Shown: piece by piece, positions 25,636 through 37,800 of the stretch | How the letters are laid out: every line of letters starts with the position of its first letter | Numbering within the stretch: the stretch's first letter is position 1 | Source of the DNA: Oikopleura dioica | Lineage: Eukaryota; Animalia; Chordata | Reading direction: 5' to 3' | NCBI GenBank assembly: GCA_907165135.1 | Contig: OU015566.1 | Span: 4,092,001 to 4,156,000 of the forward strand | DNA length: 64,000 nucleotides | Translations under genes and position numbers: made by a program | Notes under the pieces: model-generated | The model's input: only the letters and a program-made list of their open reading frames with translations | Told to the model about the DNA's origin: nothing | Databases searched by the model: none

Positions 25636-27697
25636 CTACCTTGGGACATCAAGAGAAGCCATCATCATATTTTTCGACCCGCGAGATCCTCGACTTGAGC
25701 TTGGCACATCGATCATAATGTTATGTACCGAGCCCTGCGATGCCCTCGGAGTACTGGGAAGAGTAAAAAAGTCACAACTCGACTGAAAGCTGTAATTATT
25801 CGACGAATCAAAAGTCGAGTGTCCAAAAGAATTATTCTTCGACGACCATTTCTGGGCTCGATCCCCAAAGCGCCTTCGAAACGGCACATTTTGTTGGTAC
25901 GCGTAGGGCGATCGCTCGTAGTCGGCGAATTCTGAGGACATTTGCTGTGGGGTGATTTTTCGGTGCAGTTTTGGGGAAAGGGCGGAGGTCGGGCGGATTG
26001 AGGAGCGTCTTGAATTAGTTCGGGAGACATTTTGAGACATGAACGATTCGTATTGGTTCCCGACGTCGGAGACGGCCATTTGCAGTTTTTTCTCCATGGC
26101 GTTCGCGAGATTGTACTGATTAAATAAAATTAACGAGGATCATGAAAATAGCGACACTGGGAAAGTCGCCGAATATCGCCGAATGTCGCCGAATGTCGCC
26201 AAATGTCCCCGAATGTCGCAAAATGTCCCCGAATGTCGCCAGATGTCGCCGAATATCGCCAAAAAGGCAATTTTGTCGTGATAAAAAACTTCCTTATCTA
26301 AAAAAAAGCAAAAAATGGCGACATTTGGCGACATTCGGCGACTTTCCAAGGCCGCTCCCTTTAAACCCTTGCTTACCTTGAATTTATGAGAGACCCCATA
26401 ATTCAATCCCACTGAAGACAAACAGTCAAAAGCATCAAGTGTTTTACTCTGTCTTCTGTGTCGGCAACCCCCTGCTTCTCTGAACCTATTCCTGAGATTT
26501 TCCGCCGAGCGAGTTGATCTCGGATGGTCAACATCAGGAATATCTGGGCAGAGATACGTTTCATTTTCGCACCGACGAGCTTTGAGATTTTCCATTTCGC
26601 ATTCCTTGTTTCGCCTGATTCGCATTTCTACTTCGAATGCTTCGCGTCGGATTTCGTGAATTTCGTCTCGGGTGAGGACAGATTTTGAGTCGAGTGAGGT
26701 TGTGACCGCTTCTTCGTGTTGAATGTACCGGTAGACCAGGTACATGAGCCCGAAGAACCAGCCGAAGAAGATGATGAACATCGGGATGTCGACTTTTTTC
26801 GTAGAGGAGCACATATTTTCCTAGAAATTTTGAGCTCAACAAATCAAAATTGTCAAAATATGAATCAAAGACAAAAAAATTCGACAACTTTTGTGTTGAA
26901 AATTTCAACCAATCAGAAGCCTCGATTCGGCTCAACGGCCAATCAGCAGCCGAATAGCCGCCCACGCATAATGTACCTTCGATGCAGCAATAAGCTGTTG
27001 AAAAGTCATGACATCTCCATAGGAATCGCAAGTCACCGCGATTGGTCCATCAACAAATCGAACCCTTCAAATCATTTTCACTTGCAGCAATTTTTCCTTA
27101 CTGTTGAACAATTCTGGCCAAATCGCAGGAGCAGTGAATCGGATTCATATGCAAATAAATCGCGCCCTTGAAACTCAACAACGTTTCTGGCAACGAAATA
27201 ATCATATTCCAAGAAGCGTCGAAAATCATCAACTTCGGCAGTTTTGAAAAATCCGTGCTTATAGAAGTCAAGCCGATATTTGAAACATTGAGAATTTCAA
27301 GATTGCTGAATTTCTCAAGCCCATCAAGATTTGATCGAAGGGTTGAATTGGCGATCTTGAGACGGGAATACTTTTCCGGCTCGAATATTTCGTTCAGATG
27401 AATCAGGCGAAAACAGCTTTTTCCGGAAAATGATCGTTTATGTTTTCATTTTTTTGAGAAATTTACCTGAGATATTCGCCATCCCAATAATTCGCCATAA
27501 ACTGCAAATTTTCTTGATATTTTGAACCATTTTGACAAAAATCCCAATTTTCACAAGCTCATTTTTTTGTTCAACAATTTTCGCTTAAAAATGCAAAACG
27601 CTGCAATTATTAATAATTATTTGCAAAACGGGCCTATGCAGTTTGGATTCACCAACAAGCAATTTATAAATTCAGCAAAATAAAAATAGATGATCAT
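25636..27697 (-). CDS. leucine-rich-repeat single-pass transmembrane protein with coiled-coil/Ser-rich cytoplasmic tail
   Basis: LRRs FSNLEILNVSNIGLTSI, LPKLMIFDASWNMIISLP; LRRCT NPIHCSCDL; TM IPMFIIFFGWFFGLMYLVY. Start exon uncertain; the LRR exon is not reported by the ORF track. Confidence 0.65.
26150..26356. mobile_element. foldback family B (intronic)
   Basis: Same inverted decamer arrays. Confidence 0.75.
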
Positions 27698-28013
27698 TTT
27701 CTTTTTCTCTTTGAATTTCTGGCGGCGAAAGCGCGGAAAAGCTTGTCGCACAAGTGTTTGATCTTTCAATTTTTAAACCGACCAGGTACTTGCTTCGGTG
27801 GATTAGAGATTGACTTTTCTACTACATGGATGGATGAAGGGAGGGGCATAACATGATCAATTGATCAATTCTGCTGACATGCGCTATTTACGAAAATACT
27901 GGTTATTTCTTGAAACACGCGTACGGGTTCACTGCCCAAGGCTGCCACCTAGATTCTGATAAGCGAATTGAAGTAGACACGGTTACCATTTTTCGTAAGA
28001 GAGAACGAAAGTC

Positions 28014-29361
28014 ATGAAGGTAATCGCGTTTTGAAGAAAGAGATAAATAAAAAATTAAAAATTTCATATAATTTTGATGAGAACTTCTGGTAAAACTTTA
28101 GTTACCTTAACTTTAGTTATTGAAGCCAATTTGATCTACAAAGAAGGGAAGAAGTCTCATCCCTTTCGAAGAAAATCTTACGAATCGTTACGAGTAGAAC
28201 TGACCATTTTTTCAGCTTTTATCAATTTTATTGGGCGGCTCTGCCTCATTCACAACAAGTGAGTATTCAACATCAACAACGACGGAACCGACTACGCCGA
28301 CGGACGGATACGGCTGGACGACAGACTGGTGGGAGACTGTTATGAGCACGACCTCAACTGGTTTTTTCGAGTCCTGCGGTGGAGCAATCACATCAAAGGG
28401 GGAAATCTTCACTTCTCCTAGTTAGGGATAAAAATTTTTTGATTTTTTCAAAATTGAAATTTAAAATTTTTATCTCTTTTATCAGATATCCGAATGAATA
28501 CCCGCCCTTTTCGCGCTGCACTTGGACCATCAATCTTGGTGAGAATAAAGGAAAGGGCTTGACTGATAATGATAAAAATTAAATTTTGATTTGAAAATCA
28601 GCTCAGCCAAAAAATAGCCTTTCAAATCATCCCTCGGGCTTTTGATGTCAACCGAACCTGGAGAAGAACCTGGAATGGATGGAATGTCGATTACGTATTG
28701 AGCTGTTTCTACGATCACGTGACAGTCAACGCCAATGGGGTCGAGCGAACTTTCTGCGGAAAAAATGAGGATCCGGTAGGAAGATCAGTTCCTGATGAAG
28801 ATCTTGATGAGTTCGAACCCGAAGAAGAAGGAAAACACCACGACGGAGATCTTTCAAACGTCGAAGAAGGATTTCCCATCATCGTTGTTCCAAGTGGCTC
28901 GGCAGTGGTGACATTTCAATCGAATTGGGATTATGCAAAATCCGGCTTTGAACTCGAAATAGCCGAGCTTTCAAGATTGCAAGTCATCGAAATTCATGCG
29001 CAAGTAATTTCGACCGCAATTATTTTGAAATATTTATTCCGATTTTTAGAGAATTTTCAAGTCTCTTCCCAAAAATCGCTTCGGGGAAAGATACCAACAC
29101 CGCATGGAAAGAACTTTTGCCCAAATGAAAGCGGCTTACACTGGCGACCAGTGTTACGAAGACAACGGTTTCGGTGAAGAAGCAGCTGACATCAACGTTT
29201 TTGACGAAAACGACATGTGCAAACTAAACGGGCAAATCAACGCGGCCATCAATAGCTTCGCACGAAACTATGCTTGTGAAGGAAGAGGGAAGGTCCATCG
29301 ACAAATCATCAGATCTGCGCGAAAAACTCGAAATTTTTACGCTGCGAAAAATGACTGTTAA
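28014..29361 (+). CDS. secreted CUB-domain protein with Thr-rich mucin-like N-terminus (paralog 1)
   Basis: ATGAAG micro-exon; CGGAIT...TSP/YPNEYPPFSRCTWTI, CFYDHV, FCG, VTFQSN...GF (CUB); C-terminal Cys/helical domain. Confidence 0.8.
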
Positions 29362-29703
29362 CTAACAATGACAATAAACGGGCGAATGAGCGTTCCAGCG
29401 TGAATATTTTGAGTCACTTATTTCGGAATTTGTCAAGAATGGCCCATTCTGAATGGCCCATTGCCAATGGGCCATTGGGGTTTCTAACATCGTGTTGTTA
29501 AAGAACTTCTATGTAATGAAATATTATCGGCCTGCAATCAAGGACTGCAGCGTTACGCTTATCTATTTATGATTGCAGGTTCCGGACAACTTCAAGTTGA
29601 AACACGAGTACAAGTTCAGTGCGCCATGCTGCCACCTAGATTGTTATTTCTTGTAAGTCAAGGAAACCAGTTCCATAGTTATTCGTTAGAGAAATAGTAA
29701 GAG

Positions 29704-31243
29704 ATGAAGGTAAGTAACTGTAATTTTTTTGAGGAATTCAAAAAATTTTTAAAGCTTTTTCCGTTTTTTGTTGGCGGGTCTGCCTCGTCCTCAACAGCCG
29801 AAAATTCAACAACAATTCCTTTTAACCCAGACTTGATATCACCTGGTATCATCATGTTATCAAGTGGTTACTATGGCTGCGGCGACGAAATAACCTCGGA
29901 TAGGCAAACAATTACTTCTCCAAGCAAGGGATATTTTCCTTTTGCAGTCGAAATGTCGCCGAATGTCGCTGAATGTCGCCGAATGTCGCCGAATGTCGCC
30001 GAATGTCGCCACCTATTTTCTAAAACCAGGATTTTTAAAGAGAAAACTTATTTTTAACCCAGAAATTTCAAAACAAACTAGTTCTAGAATTGTTTTGGTA
30101 TAATTACGAGACAAGGAAGCGCTCCGCGCGATTTGTGTTAGGAAACTCACTGGTCGGGCTGGACTCACTTCTATTGCCGCGCCTCCTACTATTTCCACTT
30201 TTTTCGTTTCTAGAACAAGTTTGTTTTGAAAATTTAGGCCAAAATAAACAATTTTTCTTTCATAATCCCTTTTTTTTGAAAATAAGTGGCGACATTCGGC
30301 GACATTCGGCGACATTCGGCGACATAACCAGTGCGCCCCGAAATTCTTAGCCGTCGGCTTTTAATGAAACAAAAAATGAAGATTATATCCTTTCGATAGG
30401 TACCCAAAGAATTACCCTAGCAGAACACGATGTACTTGGACAATCAATCTTGGCGAAAACAAAGGATCGGGAAAGACTCCGATCAAGAAGGAAAATGAAA
30501 ATATCTCCGGCAATCCCCAAAAAAAGGCTTTGAAATCATTCCTATATCTTTTGACGTCCACCGTACTTGGAAAACAAGCTCGCGAAGAACTTTGACTTGT
30601 TCCTATGATCACGTGAGTGTGATTGCGAATGGAATCGAGCGAACTTTCTGCGGAAGCAATTGGAATAAGGACTTTCGATCCATGACCGAGGGAGAAGTTG
30701 AAACCGACGAAGATGGCGAAAGTGAGCTTCCTGATCTCCCAAACGTCGAAGAAGGCTTTCCGACCATCCTTGTTCCGAGCGGATCAGCGGTCATTAAATT
30801 CAACTCGAACGGAGACCACGAACAAAAAGGATTTGAACTCGGTATCCGTGAGATAACAAAAGCTGATCTGATCGAAAAACATGCTGAAGTAAGTGTGAAA
30901 AAAATTCATTTCGGATTGATCTAAATTTTAGCCACTTTTTGATAGTCTACCAGACAATCGCTTCGGAACAAGATATTATTACCGATTGACAAGATCATTC
31001 GTCCAAATGAACAGGTCTTTTACTGGCAAAAAGTGTTTCAAAGAAAACGGATTTGGCGAAGAAGCTCTCGATATCAACGCTTTCGACGAGAACGACATGT
31101 GCAAACTCAACAGGCAACTCTACGCAGCCATAAACAGCTTCGCAAAGAACTTCGCCTGCAAGGGCCGAGGCAAGGTTTACCGACGAATCATTCAATCCGC
31201 GCGAAAAACTCGAGATTTCTATGCTGCGAAAAATGACTGCTGA
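29704..31243 (+). CDS. secreted CUB-domain protein (tandem paralog 2)
   Basis: Same ATGAAG micro-exon and exon layout; YPKNYPSRTRCTWTINLG, CSYDHV; near-identical C-terminus ...FYAAKNDC*. Confidence 0.8.
29944..30337. mobile_element. foldback family B with nested inverted-repeat insert (~30063-30236)
   Basis: Decamer arms at ~29950-30010 and ~30288-30325; inner TIR aaatttcaaaacaaact...ttctagaa / ttctagaa...agtttgttttgaaaattt. Confidence 0.7.
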
Positions 31244-31639
31244 AGACTTGCCCGCGACCTTGGCTTGAAAACTTGACAACACTACCATTCTTCAAGTGAT
31301 AAACTTTACACTTGATCCCTGCCAAGATCAATTGAAAATTGACAACTTGGAAAACTCTGAAATAAAGCAAGAAAGACCAAGATCGTAAATATTCGCCTTA
31401 TAAAAATTAAAAAATGATTCGTGTTTATTGATTGCGATGATTGTGAGTTACAGTGACTGAAGAGTGGAATGTTGGGAGTTTTGGCTGAAAGAGATTAAAA
31501 GCGGAAATCAATGTGTTAATACTCGAGTGGCCTTTGCCCCACGCGTGGCCATCTACTCATGAACTAAGAAGTCGTATTCAAGTCTGGAGCGGAGATGAGC
31601 GCTGAGCTAAACATATTTTTAAACCTTGAGAGAAATCAA

Positions 31640-33340
31640 ACGGGGCCTTTCGGCACGGGAAGCAAGGAACCTAGCCTGTCGTCGTCGGCGTTTTCTTCCG
31701 ATGAGAGTGGACTAGGTTCGTTGACTTAAAAAATATATTATGACAAAAAAATCACAAATTCCAGTCAATTAATTGTTTGTTTTAAAGATAAAATTCCTCG
31801 AATTTAGCCAAGAAATTTTTTTTCTGAAGCCATAAAACTCAGAAAGTTTAAGAAAAATAAAGAGAAACTATCATGTTTTGGGTATTTCCTTGTTTATCTT
31901 ATTTGATCTTTTAGGAATTTCTTCTGAGTCTCAATCAGAAGACTCCTCTTCCGAAGAGCAAATGGAGAATCCGCCAAGTTATGCAAGTATTACCTCCAAT
32001 CCTCGCCTTGAAGAGGATCTGACCCGGATTTCTGACGACATTGGAACGGGAAAAGAACAATTTATTCGAACATTTTTATTCGAAAATATTGTTCAATTCC
32101 CGAAAAAAGACAGTATTCTCGCATCATACGACCAAAATAACCTCGCAGTCCAAGTTCACACAACCTTCCAAGTAAGCCATTACGTAATAATTCGTCGAAA
32201 TTCGTCGAATTCGAAATCTTCGATTTGAACTTGATTAACATTTGACTCAGGCAGTAAGGCGTCAACGACCTGCTCGGGAGGTCCGCACGGAAAAGATCAA
32301 CTTCTGTCATTCTCATGTTCACCCAGGAGTTGCCATCTATCGCCAGGAATTTTCACGGACGCCGTCGCCGACGGATGATTTTACAGACAGTATTCACCCC
32401 ATGCTCTTTTTCGACAACACAAGGTGAAAAAATTGGCTCCTTCCGGCGGGCCACCATCGTTGACTTTCCCAAACCAGAACTCATGTCAAACTCATTCTAG
32501 ACGTCTTCTTCAACGAAGTAACGAGCGTTATGCACGCTATCGCCAATCACTCAACGAAAGTCTCCAAGTCAGATCGCTCGAGCTCTTGGACCAGGACGAG
32601 GCGCTTTTGAAAACAGCTTCGAGGAGGATCTCGAGCTGGGGGATTTCTCACCTGATGAGATGGATGAGGGCGACTTTGCGTTCGACATCGTTGATGATTT
32701 GTTGAAGTCGTCCTCATCGTCGGAGGAGGAAGAGGAGGATAGTGAAGGCTCGCTTTCGGACTCAGAGGTGAGCCGTTTCCTTCAGCTAATGACTCATATT
32801 TTACTAGGAAGATGATACTCTCTGCGGAGCAGACGAGCTCAAGTCCGAATCAATCGATCCTGAACCCATCAGGCAAGAAAAGAGAACCCAACTTGTCCTT
32901 ACTCTTTTTTTCAAGGGAGGATCAACTCACTACTAGAACGAACATCAACTTGTTTGTTTCTTCCTCAGTCGAAACGGATGATGAAATTTCAGACGAAGAA
33001 ATTTTCTCGGAAAATCTTCTTTCTATGGAATCTTTGCCTCAAAAATCGCCTCCAATTGCTCCGAGATCTGTGGTTTCAACGAAAGGTTCGATTGATTACG
33101 GCTCTAGAAATTTATTATCCTTTTTAGTTTCGAAGCCACTGTATACTCCTGTTGTTGGCTACGGACCTTCATTTGTTCCCTACGGGAGTATGCTCTCCCT
33201 CAACTCTTTAATTCTAGGTTTGTTCTCATAAAATGGTTTGTGCTTAAAATTTGCGTCTTTGAAAAAGCAGAAACTTACAACATCAAAGATATCAATAAGA
33301 CATTGATATCGGTATCATCCATCATCTTGACTTTTGAATA
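31640..33340 (+). CDS. hypothetical acidic/Ser-rich multi-exon protein
   Basis: Series of short same-strand ORFs separated by intron-like gaps; no recognisable domain; boundaries approximate. Confidence 0.35.
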
Positions 33341-33493
33341 ACAATCGTTGAAAATTTCAACTCGCCTTTAGGATTTTACCTTGGTACATTTTCGTTCGCG
33401 TTTCCCGTTACGTTTTCTCTCTTCTTGAAGTTCTTTTGAGGTGCGTGTTGATTCGAAGGACCTACACTTAGGGTTTCTAAGGAAGGTCCTTAA

Positions 33494-33630
33494 CCCGTTG
33501 CCGACCAGTAGGCGTTAGTTTGCCCTCTGCGGTTAGGGTTAGGGTTAGGGTTAGGGCGTCAATGAGGTTGTCGTTTTTCAAGCCTCGGGGCGTGTCATTG
33601 CAGCGAAACTGCTACGCGCTCGGCAACGGG
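33494..33630. mobile_element. piggyBac-like MITE (TTAA TSD, CCCGTTGCCGA TIR) containing (TTAGGG)4
   Basis: ttaa|cccgttgccga...tcggcaacggg|ttaa; telomeric repeats at 33533-33556. Confidence 0.8.
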
Positions 33631-34839
33631 TTAAAAAGAGAAATTTGATGATAAGAGTATTTAGAAAACGAGCGCCCGAAAAATAAAAAGAAGAAAAAAT
33701 GCAAAGCTATAAAAAATTTCTTCAAGTTCATGTTTGGTTGCGTGATTCCAGATGTCAAAGATTGAAAATAACTGTATCAAAAAGACCACCTGTACAGAAA
33801 ACTAATTATGATATAAACATATATTGAACAAGGTTGTCTACGCATTTTCACAATTACAGTGACACTGTATTCATTATCTACTGAATAATCAATTATCCAA
33901 AAAGCAATTTCAAGCCCTGTCTAGCTGATCGTATCAGACATTCTGTCAATTCAATGAATTCGAAACTGGGCTCTAAATGGATTCCTATATAAATGCAGCG
34001 CAGTACACCTCGAAAAACGAAAAGAAATGAAGAGAATTGCGTTAATTTTCGCCTCTTCTTTTGGATTCTCAAAGAATCCAGCGGACAATTCTCTTGACAT
34101 TTTTCTTTCAAGTAAGGGTAGGAAAACCTTCGATAAACCCATTTAACCCTGTTCAGAGCGATTCGAAAACGCCAAAGCCGTGCTGGAAAATTTCAACGTC
34201 CCACATGGCTCCCTATCTGGATCTCCGCCGGGGACGTACTCTGTAGCGAAAAATATTGAACCGAGCAAAGAGCACAAGAAAAAACGCGTCAGAAGAAAAT
34301 GCACATATGTTCTTGAATAAACAACTTTCCAGCTATTTTCATTGTTCACGAAAACGAATTGATTTTTAGTGATTCTCAACAACAAGCAAATTAATTAAAT
34401 CAGTGGCTTTTTTAGCTTTCAATCTCTCGAGTTGACGTCTCAACATTGTTATCAATTATTATTGTATAAAACCATTGAATATGTCGAGCCAAAAAAAAAT
34501 CACTCTGCTAAAGAATAAAGCTGAATATTTGGTGCATCAACTATGGATAACTTAATGAAAGCTAAAACAACCACTGATCTTATTAACGCTCTTATTTTAG
34601 CTTCAACAAGAAAAGAAATCGACTTTTTTCGTGAACCATACTAAGTGTCAAAATAAACCGTCTATTTTTACTTTTACATTAGCCGTTATCTTGAACTGCT
34701 TAATGCAATAAAAACAAACCTGGACTATAAAATGAACAGCTTTTGGAAAGTAAATTCAGTCTTCAGTTTTTTTTTCGAGAGAGTAAGAGAAGCTTTTTGA
34801 GAGACAAATTAATGAGTATTTTAGGCTTTTGAAGAGAAC

Positions 34840-37800
34840 ATGAAGCTTCTCAACTCGCTGTTAGCGTCGGCCCTAGGGCATCAATTCGACATAAGTCAAG
34901 AAACTGCAACCGCTTTTCAAGCAGCAGGGATCGACACTTCGAGCTTCAGAATCGTCGAATCATCCGCGTCAAATGGGATGGTTGGTCGAGGAATCAACGC
35001 GTATGCACAGCTCTGGCAACCGGTCGTGAGCGGAGGCCCGATTACAGTTCCTTACGCTCTGCATTTTTCGGTCGCCCAATATGCTGACAATATTCAACCC
35101 GCAATGACCGCGCTGGAGAACGATCTCGCCTGCTTTGACATGCCCTACGTCGCCGATCTCTCCACAACGACATACGAAAACGGAATCATCTTCGTCTACA
35201 ACCCTGATTGGTGCTTTTCCGCACTTGGTCTTCTTCCTGGCTACTTCAATAATGATGTCGGAAAAACGTCGGTGACGGAATTCGGCGCCCCAGCAGGATG
35301 GCAAGTCATCAACTTGGATACGGACTGTGCCCAATCGCTGGAGGTTGTTCAGCACGAAGTTCTCCATGCTCTTGGATTTCTTCACGAACAATCTAGGCCT
35401 GATCGAGATGACTACATCATTGTCTATCCTGAGCGAACTACTCAACCAGGTTATTTATCCTCCAAGAAAATGTCTTCATATAATTTAGGCCAATGGGAGA
35501 TGATGCTTCCAGAAAAATGGTACGATACAGGCCATATCTACGAGCCAAGATCGCTGATGTCCTACAGCTCCAAACATTTCGCTAAAGACCCAAACATATG
35601 GGTCGCCACACTCAAAGACGGATCTTTCATCCATGATGGCCCAAGAATCACCACAACTGACGCGCTCCAGGTGCAGCAACTCTACTGCGTTGACCAGGGT
35701 CTCTTCCCCGATTTCGAGTACAAAGAAACGACAACTTGCCAGACTCCGGATGAAGTAGGAGCGATAAGAGAGGTGTTCATAGATCGTTTTTGCGATCAGT
35801 GGCAGGATTGCCCAAGCAACGAAGACGAAGACGGGACAATCGTAGAATGCGCTCCAAAGTATTCAGCAACGCCTGCTGGCTGTTGTGGTGGATTCATTCG
35901 CACTGAGAGAAACCAGGAATGTCTCCACAATCCTGACAGAAAATACGGCGATAAAGACACTTGGGATTGCGAAGGTGGATACACGATGCTATTTTACATG
36001 CCGTGGTGGTCAACAAATGGCAGGTGGCTGATGCTTAATCAAGAGAATGCCGAGAAAGCTTTTCAAGGACAGGGCTTTTCTTGGAGTGATACAATTTTCT
36101 CAACTGCTGACTGTCCACCAATGGACGTTGCATGGGACTGGAGCACCAACTTGAAGTGTGCTGTTGGAGGACCTGTTGTGACTGAGCCTCCAACTGAGCC
36201 GCCAACTGAGCCACCAACTGAGCCACCAACTGAGCCTCCAACTGAGCCGCCCACGCAAGCTCCAGTAAAACCGTGCTCAATCTCTTCTATCGACAAGTCC
36301 CTGAATCCAACAGATCCGAGCAATTCCTTCATTTGGCAATGCACTGAAGTGACCAGTAGAGGAAGGAGAAAATGCAAGGTCAAATGCAAGGGAGATAGAG
36401 TAGATGCCTCTTACACCATCAGTTGCGTCCACAAAAACAACAACAACACCTGGAAAGTCTTTAGATAAGTTTCGAAAAATGTTTTCAGGCCAAAAAATCA
36501 TTTTTTAACTGTTCTAATTCTAGAGTTTCGGGTACTTCCGGTCAAATTTACGAAATTCTAGTATTCCACTGCCGTTTTTGATACAGAAATGGTAATATGG
36601 CATATAGCATGTCAAAATGACCGCTAGAACGTGAGGAGTGCAGGGGTCTCAAAAAATAAGTACTTTTGCAAAGAAAAGTACCTAAAAATAATTATTTTGT
36701 CATTTTTTAGCACTAAAAATATCAATTATTAATTTTTTCGGGCAGAAAGCAGATGCTTACTCAATTTTTATCTCTAGGGCTGCCACATAAAAAATTGGCC
36801 ATAATTAACCCTTCAGAATTCCATTTTTCTAACCCCACCACCGATTAGGGTTGGTCCAAAGCTTCCCCAAAAAAATATAATTTTTGAAAATTTTAAGGGT
36901 GTAGCCCCCGAAAAATCGATTTTTTCTAATTTTTTTCGCTTTTTTTGGCTCCGGAGCCCGAATTTTCATTTTTTTTCAATTTTAATTTTGGGATCATCAA
37001 ATTCAGGGCATTTGACAACCCCAGTGACTGCAGCTCCGTGAAATTCAAATTTTCGTTTAAGAAATTTTTTTCCCGAAAAAATTCGAAAATTTTCAATTTC
37101 TTTAAAAAGTTACAGTGGGTTGCGCAGGTAGTTGCCCCCTAAAGAGCGGGCGATGGGGCAACCAATCCTACAATCACTTTGAGCGAGTCTAGAAAGGAAC
37201 AATAGAAAAAGCGCGGGCAAAGGGGCAACCAAAGCTGCAATCGCAGAGGGGCAACCAACTGCGCAACCCACTGTACCAAGAATTAATTGAACAGTCTAGA
37301 AGTCAATAAAAACTGTTTTTGAAGGGTCCTGACTTAAGAAAAAGCCTAAGTCATGCCCAAAAAGAATTCAACAATTGAAAGAAAAAATTGAAAAAATTAT
37401 CAATAAATACCATAACAATACTAAAAACGTGTAGAATATTAATTTTAACATCGGATGGAGGTGGGCGGGGTTGGGGACGAAACTGAGATTGATCAACTCA
37501 GACTTCCCAGCCTTTGTCAAGCCCCTTAAATTTAAAAATCACGGAACGGGGCTGAGACGGCCCGAAGGGCCGTCAAGCCCTTAAATTTAAAAATCACGGA
37601 ACGGGGCTGAGACGGCCCGAAGGGCCGTCAAGCCCTTAAATTTAAAAATCACGGAACGGGGCTGAGACGGCCCGAAGGGCCGTCAAGCCCTTAAATTTAA
37701 AAATCACGGAACGGGGCTGAGACGGCCCGAAGGGCCGTCAAGCCCTTAAATTTAAAAATCACGGAACGGGGCTGAGACGGCCCGAAGGGCCGTCAAGCCC

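Noticed and set aside
33533-33556. True chromosome end
   Set aside because: Only four repeats, embedded in a TIR element with genes on both sides.
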